NCBI GenBank assembly: GCA_946415825.1
Contig: CAMKUA010000008.1
Span: 3,812-67,811, forward strand
Origin: an uncultured Prevotella sp.
Lineage (GTDB): Bacteria > Bacteroidota > Bacteroidia > Bacteroidales > Bacteroidaceae
Reading direction: 5' to 3'
DNA: 64,000 nucleotides
Under the pieces are notes generated by a model that worked only from the letters and a program-made list of their open reading frames with translations, made no database searches and was not told where the DNA came from. This document shows, one piece after another, positions 18,642 through 28,116 of the stretch (within the stretch, counting starts at the first letter, position 1; each line of letters starts with the position of its first letter). The translations under genes and the position numbers were made by a program.

Positions 18642-21020
18642 ATGTTAAGAAGGTTATTATTTGTGCCGGCTGTGGTCCTGATGGGATTGACGGTACAGGC
18701 ACGAGAGAGACAGAATTTTGATAACGACTGGCGCTTTATTCTGGCAGATACGGCGTCCATGTCGCAAGTGGATTACAACGACAGTTTCTGGCGCAGGCTT
18801 GACGTGCCCCACGACTGGGCCATAGAGGGTGACTTCTATGCCGGTAATCCAAGTGGAGCGGGTGGGGGAGCCCTGCCGGGAGGCGTTGGCTGGTATCGCA
18901 AGCACTTCTCGCTCGACAAGGTCGAGAAAGTATTCATTGAGTTCGATGGTGTTTATATGAACTCCACCGTTTATGTGAATGGTCAGGAGGTAGGTTTCCG
19001 CCCCTATGGCTATTCCAGTTTCGAGTACGATATCACTCCCTTTGTCCATGAGGGCGACAATGTGGTGGCGGTGCGTGTCGATAACTCCGACCAGCCCAAC
19101 TCCCGCTGGTACTCTGGTTGTGGCATCTATCGTCATGTGTGGCTCACTCAAACCTCTCCCATCCATGTCAAGCATTGGGGCGTCTATGTCCACGATGGTA
19201 AGGTGGAGGTCGATTATGAGAACCCCACCAGTCAGAAGGTAACGGTCAGGAATACCTGGTTTGATGCCAATGGCAGACCTGCAAATATCAAGAAACCCCG
19301 TAAGTGGTCGTGCGAGGATCCATATATATATAAGGTGAGAACGCAACTCATCGTCGCAGGGAAAGTGGTGGATGAGGTAGAGACTACCACAGGCTTCCGC
19401 GACTTTAAGTTCGATGCTCAGACGGGCTTCTGGCTCAACGGCAAGAATTTCAAGCTCAATGGCGTCTGCGAACACCACGACTTTGGTTGTCTGGGAGCAG
19501 CGCTCAACGAAGACGCCCTCCACCGCAAACTCACCAAACTCAAGGCGATGGGTGTCAACTCCATTCGCTCGTCGCATAACCCTCCTGCTCCCGAGCTCCT
19601 CAATATGTGTGACACGATGGGACTGATCGTGATGGACGAGAGCTTCGACATGTGGCGACGCAAGAAGACTCAGAATGACTATGCCCGCTTCTTCGATGAG
19701 TGGCATGAGCGCGACCTCTCCGACCTCATCCTGCGTGATCGTAATCACCCTTCCGTTCTCATGTGGTCGATAGGCAACGAGGTACTCGAGCAGTGGTCTT
19801 CGGCTGAGGCCGATACCCTTAGCCTCGAACAGGCCAACTTGATCCTGAATGCTGGGCACGATGCCTCCACACTGGCCAAGGATGGCGAACTCTCCGTGCA
19901 GTCGTTGCTCACCCAGCATCTGGCGGAGATCGTGAAGCGCTACGACACCACGCGCCCCATCACCGCTGGTTGTAACGAACCGGCTCCAGGCAATCACCTC
20001 TTCAAGAGTGGTGCGCTCGACATCATAGGTTTCAACTATCATCACGAGTGGGTGAAGGATGTACCCAAGAACTTCCCCGGCAAGCCCTTCATCTTCTCCG
20101 AGAGTGTCTCGGCCCTACAGACCAGAGGCTACTATATGATGCCCTCCGACTCTGTCTACAAAGCTCCCAAAGAGTGGTGGCTGCCCTATACCGACCCCTC
20201 GTTTAAATGCTCTGCCTACGATAATATGCATGCTTCATGGTCGAGCACTCACGAAGAGACATGGGACGTGGTGAAGCATAACGCCTTCGTGGGAGGACAG
20301 TATATCTGGACGGGCTTCGACTATATCGGTGAGCCTACGCCCTACGGATTCCCTGCGCGCTCCAGCTACTTTGGCATCATCGATCTCGCAGGCTTCCCCA
20401 AGGATACCTATTACATGTACCAGAGCGAGTGGACCTCGAAGCCCATGCTCCACCTCTTCCCCCACTGGAACTGGGTGCCGGGCGACTATATCGACATGTG
20501 GTGCTACTTCAGTGGTGCCGACGAGGTAGAGCTCTTCATCAATGGCCAGTCCCAAGGTGTGCGCAAGAAGAGTAATCATAGCTATCCACTATCCACTATA
20601 AACTATCCGCTATGCACCGAGTATCACGTAGGTTGGCGGGTGACGTTCGACCCGGGTGAGGTCAAGGCCGTTTCACGTAAGGATGGTCAGACGGTATGCG
20701 AGCAGACCATCCGTACCGCAGGCGCTCCCCATCATATCCGTCTCACTACGGATTACAAGGGAAAGAACACCACCTTCATCATGGCCGAGGTGGTCGATAA
20801 GGACGGCAACCTCTGTCCTTGGGCCGAAGATCAGATGGTCTTTATCAGTGAGGGTGATTGTAAGATACTGGGTACCGACAACGGTTGTCAGACCTCCATG
20901 GAGCGCTTCACCTCGCCTGAGCGCAAAGCCTTCTTTGGCAAGTGCCTGGTAGTCGTCAAGGGCACAGGCTCCATCACCGTCAAGTCGCCAACCCTCGCCC
21001 CCGCCTATATCCCGTTCTGA
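18642..21020 (+). CDS. GH2 beta-galactosidase family protein
   Basis: FDGVYMNS, WYSGCGIYRHV, GVCEHHD, RSSHNP, WSIGNE, WTGFDYIGEP; start set at MLRRLL. Confidence 0.93.
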   Translation: MLRRLLFVPAVVLMGLTVQARERQNFDNDWRFILADTASMSQVDYNDSFWRRLDVPHDWAIEGDFYAGNPSGAGGGALPGGVGWYRKHFSLDKVEKVFIEFDGVYMNSTVYVNGQEVGFRPYGYSSFEYDITPFVHEGDNVVAVRVDNSDQPNSRWYSGCGIYRHVWLTQTSPIHVKHWGVYVHDGKVEVDYENPTSQKVTVRNTWFDANGRPANIKKPRKWSCEDPYIYKVRTQLIVAGKVVDEVETTTGFRDFKFDAQTGFWLNGKNFKLNGVCEHHDFGCLGAALNEDALHRKLTKLKAMGVNSIRSSHNPPAPELLNMCDTMGLIVMDESFDMWRRKKTQNDYARFFDEWHERDLSDLILRDRNHPSVLMWSIGNEVLEQWSSAEADTLSLEQANLILNAGHDASTLAKDGELSVQSLLTQHLAEIVKRYDTTRPITAGCNEPAPGNHLFKSGALDIIGFNYHHEWVKDVPKNFPGKPFIFSESVSALQTRGYYMMPSDSVYKAPKEWWLPYTDPSFKCSAYDNMHASWSSTHEETWDVVKHNAFVGGQYIWTGFDYIGEPTPYGFPARSSYFGIIDLAGFPKDTYYMYQSEWTSKPMLHLFPHWNWVPGDYIDMWCYFSGADEVELFINGQSQGVRKKSNHSYPLSTINYPLCTEYHVGWRVTFDPGEVKAVSRKDGQTVCEQTIRTAGAPHHIRLTTDYKGKNTTFIMAEVVDKDGNLCPWAEDQMVFISEGDCKILGTDNGCQTSMERFTSPERKAFFGKCLVVVKGTGSITVKSPTLAPAYIPF
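20582..20616. repeat. Heptamer repeat (CTATNNR)x5 in frame inside GH2
   Basis: ctatcca ctatcca ctataaa ctatccg ctatgca encoding YPLSTINYPLC. Confidence 0.75.
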
Positions 21021-21077
21021 GAGTAAAGGGCTTTCCTAAACCTTTATAGGTCTAGCCGAAAGGCTTGCTTGTGAAAC

Positions 21078-21192
21078 AGACGTCATCCTTAAAAGTAAAA
21101 CAACTTGTTTTACCTTCAAAGATGACGTCTAAACGGGTGAAAAGTATGCCTCCTTCGACAGTAAAACAAGTTGTTTTACTTTTGCAGGTGGC
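21078..21192. repeat. Two long palindromes sharing the core GTAAAACAA(C/G)TTGTTTTAC
   Basis: 21078-21130 and 21148-21192, centres 66 bp apart. Confidence 0.85.
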
Positions 21193-21321
21193 GCTTCTTC
21201 CGTTGGGAGCCCTATGGCTTTTGACTCTAGAGCCCCCGGAGTAGCGTAAAAAGGTGGCCTTACTTTTGAGCTTTATGCTTATTTTATGGGCAAAAAGTTT
21301 CGGTTATTGCGAAATATTTTC

Positions 21322-21329
21322 TACTTTTG
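21322..21329 (+). promoter_or_regulatory. -7 promoter element for the second GH31 (TACTTTTG)
   Basis: TAnnTTTGCA upstream of ATG 21358. Confidence 0.6.
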
Positions 21330-21357
21330 CAAGCAGATTAACTAATAGAACTAAAAG

Positions 21358-23652
21358 ATGAAGAAGAAATTGTTTTGTGTGGTCTGTGCGATTTGTGGCT
21401 GGATGACGGCTGAGGCACAGATTCAGATGAATGCAGGGGTGGAGTACCTGCAGTGTATGCAGAAGGACGTCTCGACAGACTTCAGTGATCTGGCGAATAC
21501 GTATTTCCTGGCGGATAGTCTCGTCAGTTTCGACGACGGGAAGGGCGAGGGACTGGTGCAGTGGAAGCGCTACAGGCTGAGTCCGCGCCAGGCGTTCAAC
21601 CTGAACGGCTACTGGCCCGTGAGGATGCAGATGCTCGACTTCCCCGATGCGGCTTACGAGAACGACCCGGCACTGAAGATCAAGGTGGAGTGGATCAGTG
21701 AGCGAACGGTGAGGGTGCGTATGCTGACTTCTCCGATTGAGCCTAAATCGACAGATCAGGATGATGTGATGTTCTGTGATGCCTTTAAGGCCAAGAAGAG
21801 TTACGTAGCCAAGAGATCGCCCTACGGATCGGTGGAAATTCAGAAGTATCCCTTCCGTCTGGTTGTGAAGGATGCCAAGGGGAAGATCCTGACGCAGACA
21901 AGGCACATGATCGACAACGACTCGAGCCAGATCAAGCTGCTGCCCTTCTCGTTTATCAAGCGTGGTTCAGACAATTCAAGGAGTGTGAACCCCGTGTTTA
22001 CGCTGGCTCCTGGCGAGCGCATCTACGGGTGTGGCGAGTCGTTTACCTCCTTGAATAAGGTGGGTCAGAAGGTGCACCTCTCAGTGACCGACCCCCAGGG
22101 GCCTGAGAGCGACGGCCAGTACAAGCCCGTACCCTTCTACTTCTCGAATCGTGGCTATGGCGTGTTTATGCACACGTCGGCTCCTGTTACCTGCGACTTC
22201 GGTGCTTCGTATATCGGAGCCCAGCGCCTGTTCATGGCCGACGAGGTGATGGATTTCTTCATCTTCTTCGGAGAACCGAAGGACATTCTGAACGAATATA
22301 CGGAGATTACGGGCAAGAGTCCGATGCTGCCCTTGTGGAGTTTCGGCACGTGGATGAGCCGCATTACTTACTTCTCGCAGGAGGAGGGACTGGAGATTGC
22401 CCGTCAGTTGAGGGCGCACAAGATTCCTTCCGACGTGATTCACTTCGATACGGGGTGGTTTGGCGTGGATTGGCAATGCGACTACCAGTTTGCCAAGGAC
22501 CGTTTCGAGGACCCGGTGAAGATGCTGAAACAGCTTTCAAAAGACGGTTTCCACACGTGTCTGTGGCAATTGCCTTACTTTACGCCCAAGAACCGTTTCT
22601 TCCCAGAGATCATCGAGAAGGGTCTGCACGTGGTGAACGCTACGGGCGGCATGCCTGTGGAGGATGCTATCCTCGACTTCTCGAACCCCGAAACCGTAGG
22701 CTGGTATCAGTCGAAGATCGAAGGACTGATGAAGCAGGGCGTCTCTACCATCAAGTGCGACTTCGGTGAGGCGGCGCCTTACAATGGCTTCTACCATAGC
22801 GGCAAGGGCGGTCTCTATGAGCATAATCTCTATCCCCTGCGCTATAACAAGGCGTTATGGGAGGTGGTCGAGAAGAACCATCCTGGCGAGGGCATCATCT
22901 GGGCGCGCTCGGCCTGGGCAGGAAGTCAGCGTTACGCCCTGCACTGGGGTGGTGACGCAGCTACGACCAACACGGGACTGTTGGGCGATCTGCGCGGTGG
23001 ACTTAGCTTCGGACTGAGCGGATTCTCGTTCTGGAGCCATGATATGGGTGGCTTCGTGACGGCTTCGCCAGAGGATATCTACCGCCGGTGGCTGCCCTTC
23101 GGATTCCTGTCTAGCCATACCAGAGCCCACGGTGCGCCTCCTACGGAGCCCTGGCTGATATCGGAGAGCTTTACAGAGGCCTTCCGTGCCTGTGCCGAGA
23201 TGAAGTACAAGTTGATGCCTTACGTATATGCCCAGGCTAAGGACTGTTCGGAGCACGGACTACCTATGGTAAGGGCCTTGCTGGTGGAATTTCCTGAGGA
23301 TCCAGGCGCCTGGCTCGTGGAAGACGAGTATATGTTTGGCTCACAGATGCTCGTAGCCCCGTTGCTTGAGAGCGGCAACGAGCGCACGGTGTATCTGCCT
23401 AAGGGCAAGTGGATTGACTATCAGAGTGGTAAGGTGTATGAGGGTGGCTACCAGACGATAGAGACAGGACAGATACCGGCCGTTATTCTGGTGAGAGACG
23501 GTAGTCTGATACCTCATGTGCCCTTGGCTCAACGTACGGACGAGATTGACTGGAACGCCATCGAACTGAAGGCGTACAAAGCCGATGCCAAGACATGCAA
23601 AGGACTGGTGTTTAAGCCCGGTAATAGCAAGATAGAGGTGGTGGAACGTTGA
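21358..23652 (+). CDS. GH31 alpha-xylosidase (YicI-like)
   Basis: YKPVPFY, IHFDTGW, nucleophile KCDFGE, HWGGD, WSHDMGGF, HTRAHG. Confidence 0.9.
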   Translation: MKKKLFCVVCAICGWMTAEAQIQMNAGVEYLQCMQKDVSTDFSDLANTYFLADSLVSFDDGKGEGLVQWKRYRLSPRQAFNLNGYWPVRMQMLDFPDAAYENDPALKIKVEWISERTVRVRMLTSPIEPKSTDQDDVMFCDAFKAKKSYVAKRSPYGSVEIQKYPFRLVVKDAKGKILTQTRHMIDNDSSQIKLLPFSFIKRGSDNSRSVNPVFTLAPGERIYGCGESFTSLNKVGQKVHLSVTDPQGPESDGQYKPVPFYFSNRGYGVFMHTSAPVTCDFGASYIGAQRLFMADEVMDFFIFFGEPKDILNEYTEITGKSPMLPLWSFGTWMSRITYFSQEEGLEIARQLRAHKIPSDVIHFDTGWFGVDWQCDYQFAKDRFEDPVKMLKQLSKDGFHTCLWQLPYFTPKNRFFPEIIEKGLHVVNATGGMPVEDAILDFSNPETVGWYQSKIEGLMKQGVSTIKCDFGEAAPYNGFYHSGKGGLYEHNLYPLRYNKALWEVVEKNHPGEGIIWARSAWAGSQRYALHWGGDAATTNTGLLGDLRGGLSFGLSGFSFWSHDMGGFVTASPEDIYRRWLPFGFLSSHTRAHGAPPTEPWLISESFTEAFRACAEMKYKLMPYVYAQAKDCSEHGLPMVRALLVEFPEDPGAWLVEDEYMFGSQMLVAPLLESGNERTVYLPKGKWIDYQSGKVYEGGYQTIETGQIPAVILVRDGSLIPHVPLAQRTDEIDWNAIELKAYKADAKTCKGLVFKPGNSKIEVVER

Positions 23653-23670
23653 ATTTGGTTAAAATGATTT

Positions 23671-23710
23671 AAAAAGACGATGCGTGAGTAACAACGTATC
23701 GTCTTTTTTT
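23671..23710 (+). terminator. Intrinsic terminator after GH31
   Basis: aaaaagacgatgcgt...acgtatcgtcttttttt. Confidence 0.7.
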
Positions 23711-23711
23711 G

Positions 23712-23719
23712 TATCTTTG
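23712..23719 (+). promoter_or_regulatory. -7 promoter element for the sigma factor gene (TATCTTTG)
   Basis: TAnnTTTGCA upstream of ATG 23749. Confidence 0.6.
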
Positions 23720-23748
23720 CACGCTTTTTCAGAGTAACAGTAGTAATA

Positions 23749-24621
23749 ATGAGGCAATTAAAGATTCAAAAGAGTATTACCAATCGATCGAGTGAAGCAC
23801 TTGACAAGTACCTCGTGGAGATTGGTCGTCAGCCCCTTGTGACCATTGATGAGGAGATCGAGTTGGCTCAGGCTATCCGTAAGGGCGGTCCTGAGGGAGA
23901 GCGTGCAAAAGAGCGATTGGTTACGGCCAACCTGCGCTTTGTCGTTTCTGTGGCCAAGCAGTATCAGCATCAGGGTCTGACACTGACCGACCTGATTGAC
24001 GAGGGAAACATCGGATTGGTGAAGGCTGCTGAGAAGTTTGACGAGACGCGTGGATTCAAGTTTATCTCTTATGCCGTATGGTGGATTCGCCAGAGCATTC
24101 TGCAGGCTATTGCAGAGCAGAGCCGTATTGTGCGGCTGCCGCTGAACCAGAGTGGAGCCCTGAGCAAGATTAATCAGGAGATTAACCGTTTCGAGCAGAT
24201 TCATCAGCGCCGTCCCTCTGTGACAGAGTTGGCAGAGTTGACTCAGATTGATGAGGCAAAAATCGAGCAGACCGCAAAAGCTGACAGCCACCACATGAGT
24301 ATCGACGCTCCCTTTGGTGAGGACGACGACAACTCGATGGCTGATATGCTGAGTTCGGGCGACGACACCCGTACCGACAAACAAGTGGATTACGAGTCGC
24401 TGACCAGTGATCTGGAGAACGTGCTGCGCAGTGTGTTGAAGGACCGCGAGCTGAAAATTGTTCGCGAGTGCTTTGGTATCGGCTGCCAGGAGCGTGGTCT
24501 GGAGGAAATTGGGGCGGAGATGGGTCTGACACGTGAGCGTGTGCGCCAGATTCGTGAGAAGAGCATCGCCAAACTGCACGACAGTGGCCATGCCCGGATA
24601 TTGATGAAGTATCTTGGTTAA
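23749..24621 (+). CDS. RpoD/SigA-family RNA polymerase sigma factor (Bacteroidota type, no region 1.1)
   Basis: ANLRFVVSVAKQY, FDETRGFKFISYAVWWIRQ, LTRERVRQI. Confidence 0.93.
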   Translation: MRQLKIQKSITNRSSEALDKYLVEIGRQPLVTIDEEIELAQAIRKGGPEGERAKERLVTANLRFVVSVAKQYQHQGLTLTDLIDEGNIGLVKAAEKFDETRGFKFISYAVWWIRQSILQAIAEQSRIVRLPLNQSGALSKINQEINRFEQIHQRRPSVTELAELTQIDEAKIEQTAKADSHHMSIDAPFGEDDDNSMADMLSSGDDTRTDKQVDYESLTSDLENVLRSVLKDRELKIVRECFGIGCQERGLEEIGAEMGLTRERVRQIREKSIAKLHDSGHARILMKYLG

Positions 24622-24623
24622 AC

Positions 24624-24660
24624 AAAAAGAATCCCTCGCTGATGGCGAGGGATTCTTTTT
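24624..24660. terminator. Bidirectional intrinsic terminator
   Basis: aaaaagaatccctcgc-tgatg-gcgagggattcttttt between convergent genes. Confidence 0.85.
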
Positions 24661-24670
24661 GATGTCTCTT

Positions 24671-25405
24671 TTATTTGTAGTCTCTGATGCGAACCTCTGT
24701 ACCTGAGCCAGCAAGTTGCATGCTGATTTTATAGACGGGTGTGTCGTTGAAGTGATAGGGAAACAGCACTTTGGGCTTGATGATCTTCGCAGCATTGACA
24801 CACTGGTCGATGGTCATCGTGTAAGGCTGGTTGCAGGGCAGGAACGCAATGTCGATGTCCTTGATGTCAGCCATCTCGGGGATGTCCTCCGTATCGCCGG
24901 CAATATAGATGCGAAGGCCGTCGAGCGTGAGGATATAACCGTTATCGCGCCCCTTTGGGTGGAACTGCATGTGGTCGGGCGTGGTGTTATAAGCAGGCAC
25001 CGCCTCAATAGAGATGTCGTTTGAGTACTGCACCTTGTCGCCGTTACGCATTACAAAACCGTTCTTGAAGTGCCCGAACACGGCCTGGTTCACATAGATC
25101 GATGTGGCCGGTGTGCGGATCTGGTGGATGGCCTCACGGTCGAAGTGATCTTTGTGCTCGTGGGTGATTAGGATAATGTTGGCCTTGGGGAAGGTGGCAT
25201 AGTCGGTTTCGGGCTTCAGCCACATGCCCACGGGGTCGACCTGGATCTCGATGCCGTTGTAATTGATTTCCATACTGGCGTGCTTGATGCACGTGATCGT
25301 TACTTTCTTGCCGCTCTTGGTGGTGAATTCGTCCACCTTCTGGGCGGCGTTACATCCGAGTGCTACTAAAGTGGTAAGCACCATGGTTAAGACTTTTTTC
25401 TTCAT
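24671..25405 (-). CDS. MBL-fold metallo-hydrolase (exported)
   Basis: THEHKDH, IYIAGDT, PYH; signal peptide. Confidence 0.88.
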   Translation of the reverse strand: MKKKVLTMVLTTLVALGCNAAQKVDEFTTKSGKKVTITCIKHASMEINYNGIEIQVDPVGMWLKPETDYATFPKANIILITHEHKDHFDREAIHQIRTPATSIYVNQAVFGHFKNGFVMRNGDKVQYSNDISIEAVPAYNTTPDHMQFHPKGRDNGYILTLDGLRIYIAGDTEDIPEMADIKDIDIAFLPCNQPYTMTIDQCVNAAKIIKPKVLFPYHFNDTPVYKISMQLAGSGTEVRIRDYK

Positions 25406-25412
25406 TGATATA

Positions 25413-27158
25413 TTATATAATAGGTATTGTTAACACAAACCGGGCACCCTTAGTGTAGGAGGTGTCGAGTTTAAGGGAGCCTTCTAACTGTTCGGCGAGC
25501 TTGCGACTCAGGGGAAGACCCAGACCAATGCCTTCCTTGAAAGAGTCCAACTTGACGAAACGGTCGAAAATACGTTCTGCCTCTTTCTTGGGAATGCCGC
25601 AACCCGTATCCTCGACGGTGATCTGAAGTTGGTCGTCGGTGGCCAAAGCATTCAGTAGGATGCTTCCTTTCTCTGTGTATTTGATGGCATTCTCCATGAG
25701 GGCTGTGAGGATGCGCTTCAGCATGTTCTCGTTGGTCTTCAGCGTGAAGTCGTCGTCGAGTGAAGACTCCAGACGGATAGTGACGCCCTTCTTGGCGATG
25801 GGCTCATATTCATGTATCGTCTGGCGCAATATGCGGTTGATGCAGGGGGTGTCGTCTCTTCTCATCTTCTCGGTGGACTCGATGAGCGACAGACCGATGA
25901 TCTCGTCGATGAGGGTAGTGATCTGATGGGCGCTTCTCTGCATCATTTCCGACATGTGTTGGCGCTCCTCGACACTATCAGTGAGCTCTGGGTCGGCAAT
26001 GACCTGTGAGAAGCCACTGATAATGTTCAGGGGCGTTCGCACCTCATGGCTGACGTTCTGAATGAAAGCTGCCTTCATCTTCTCCGACTCGGTAGCACGT
26101 TGGTATGCTTTCTTCAGTTCTTGCAGGTGCTTACGGCGCGACTGGACAAGATAGACAAGAGAGATGATCAGCAATGACAACAGGATGATGGTTGCAGAGA
26201 GGCCAATGACTTTTGTGCGGTCGGCCTGACGACGGGCTTCATAGAGACTGAGCTCATCATGAATGCCCATCATATTGTTGGAGAGCACCACGTTGATAGT
26301 GGAGTCTCTTGTAGCGCTTGCTTCTTTTTGGGCATTGAATGCTTCTTCCCATCTGCCAGCCTTCTCGTAGATCTGTACGATAGCATCCTTACCTTCGTCG
26401 CTTAATTCTTTCTTCGCCAAGGCGATGGCTTCGTCGGTCTTTCCCAGACATGACAGGTAATACACTTCGAGGGTTCTGCCGTGAACTGATGTCTTTCCTT
26501 CCTCTTCACCTTTTTTGTAGGCCTTGTAACCCTCGATAAACTTATCGAAATCGCCTCGATAGTAGTAGATGAGCGTCTGGCGCGTCTCAATGTCAAATAC
26601 GCGATCGGGGGAATGCTTCTTGGCAACCTCAAGCGCCAAAGACAATAAACTGTCTGTCTCCTCGAAGTTGTCGTTGTTGATCACGTTGACAATATTCATA
26701 TAGATGGGTGGCATATTGGCGTAGTAGCCTTCCTGCTTCATTAATCTGAGCGTCTCATCCCAGTTCTTCTTGGCCTCTTCCCTATTACCGCAGATATTGT
26801 TGATATGTCCCAACATATTGGTGACCATGTACATCTCCTTGTCGATATGTTTTTCGCGCAGTTCCTCTGAGAGTACCATGGCCAGTTTGTAGGCTTCAAA
26901 GATCTTCTGCTGGTTCAACAGGAACACGATTTCATTGCAACGCTGGTTGTAGTAGCCGTGGGTATCACCTTGTTTTTTCATATAGTCTTCGAGCGCCTTG
27001 ACAGCAGGGAAGAACTTGGCACTGTCGGCATTGTTGAAGGCATTGTGCATGGTGTCGCGCAAGGCGATATACTCCTTGCTCGTCGTATAGTCGGCATCAG
27101 CTGCGATGCAGAAAGCAGCGCAGAGTGTCAAGGTTAATAGGAGAAATACCCGTTTCAT
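25413..27158 (-). CDS. Sensor histidine kinase with periplasmic TPR-like region
   Basis: H-box SHEVRTPL, N-box ENAIKYT, EDTGCGI, GIGLGL; one TM. Confidence 0.92.
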   Translation of the reverse strand: MKRVFLLLTLTLCAAFCIAADADYTTSKEYIALRDTMHNAFNNADSAKFFPAVKALEDYMKKQGDTHGYYNQRCNEIVFLLNQQKIFEAYKLAMVLSEELREKHIDKEMYMVTNMLGHINNICGNREEAKKNWDETLRLMKQEGYYANMPPIYMNIVNVINNDNFEETDSLLSLALEVAKKHSPDRVFDIETRQTLIYYYRGDFDKFIEGYKAYKKGEEEGKTSVHGRTLEVYYLSCLGKTDEAIALAKKELSDEGKDAIVQIYEKAGRWEEAFNAQKEASATRDSTINVVLSNNMMGIHDELSLYEARRQADRTKVIGLSATIILLSLLIISLVYLVQSRRKHLQELKKAYQRATESEKMKAAFIQNVSHEVRTPLNIISGFSQVIADPELTDSVEERQHMSEMMQRSAHQITTLIDEIIGLSLIESTEKMRRDDTPCINRILRQTIHEYEPIAKKGVTIRLESSLDDDFTLKTNENMLKRILTALMENAIKYTEKGSILLNALATDDQLQITVEDTGCGIPKKEAERIFDRFVKLDSFKEGIGLGLPLSRKLAEQLEGSLKLDTSYTKGARFVLTIPII

Positions 27159-27192
27159 AATTTGGCGATCGAGTAGCTGATTATTCTTGTTG

Positions 27193-27224
27193 CAAAAATA
27201 CAGTTTTTTCCTCTATATACCAAA
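27193..27224 (-). promoter_or_regulatory. -33/-7 promoter for the histidine kinase
   Basis: Minus strand TTTG-20 nt-TATTTTTG. Confidence 0.65.
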
Positions 27225-27261
27225 TAAAATCGCTGTTTTTCGCAAAAAAATGCCTCAAAAG

Positions 27262-27293
27262 TTTGGAAATTTAGAAAAGTTTGTCTATTTTTG
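27262..27293 (+). promoter_or_regulatory. -33/-7 promoter for the divergent pseudokinase
   Basis: TTTG-20 nt-TATTTTTG. Confidence 0.65.
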
Positions 27294-27331
27294 CATTCAT
27301 ACAACCAGTAAATAGGAGGTTTGGGTAAGTT

Positions 27332-28105
27332 ATGTGGGCAGTTATTATCATATTAGTCGTTTTATGTCTGACGCTTATTGCCAGCCTTATTAAAGAGCAT
27401 GCAAGGGTCAAGACTTTCCGGCAGTCTGACGAGATGAAGACATTGTTTATCGATGCGCTGGCTCGTGAGATCAGAACCCCCTTGCACTCTGTTTCTGGAT
27501 TGGCTGAAATCATTTCAAAGGAAGATCTATACCTCTCGAAGGAGGAAAAAAAGAACATTTCAGACCAGATACTTTATAATGCCCGTATGATTGATACTGT
27601 GCTCAATGAAGTATCGCTGTTCTCAGACGAAGGGGAAAATGTCCGTACCATGAAGAATGAGCGTTTCAGTCCCAACCGTGTGTGTATGACCTGCATCGAT
27701 GCCAATCTTGCAAGTGCTAATCCGGGGGTAAAGATCGTCTTCCGCAGAGGAGTGGGCGATGAACTGTTTATCTCAGCAGAACGTCATATCGTGGAATTGG
27801 TGCTCAGCAAACTTATCAATATCTCTTGTAGGTTCACGAAGAAGGGCGAGATTACCGTAGGCTGTAGGTTTGACGAAACCCACAGACTGTTGACTTACAT
27901 TGTTGAAGATACGGGTGGCGGCATACCAGAGGAGCGTAAGGATGCCCTCTTTAAATGGTTCGATGATCCCAGCCTGGCCTCTGATATCGTGGAGTTCGAC
28001 CTCAGCGTATCTTATCGTTTGGCACAAAAGATAGGTGGAAACCTGCATTGGGATAGCACTTATACGAAGGGCACTCGTATGGAGTTCGTATTCCCCGTTC
28101 GCTAA
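27332..28105 (+). CDS. Membrane-anchored histidine-kinase-like protein lacking the phospho-His (pseudokinase)
   Basis: AREIRTPL in place of SHExRTPL; EDTGGGI retained; G2 box lost. Confidence 0.8.
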   Translation: MWAVIIILVVLCLTLIASLIKEHARVKTFRQSDEMKTLFIDALAREIRTPLHSVSGLAEIISKEDLYLSKEEKKNISDQILYNARMIDTVLNEVSLFSDEGENVRTMKNERFSPNRVCMTCIDANLASANPGVKIVFRRGVGDELFISAERHIVELVLSKLINISCRFTKKGEITVGCRFDETHRLLTYIVEDTGGGIPEERKDALFKWFDDPSLASDIVEFDLSVSYRLAQKIGGNLHWDSTYTKGTRMEFVFPVR

Positions 28106-28116
28106 TTTCCCACGAC

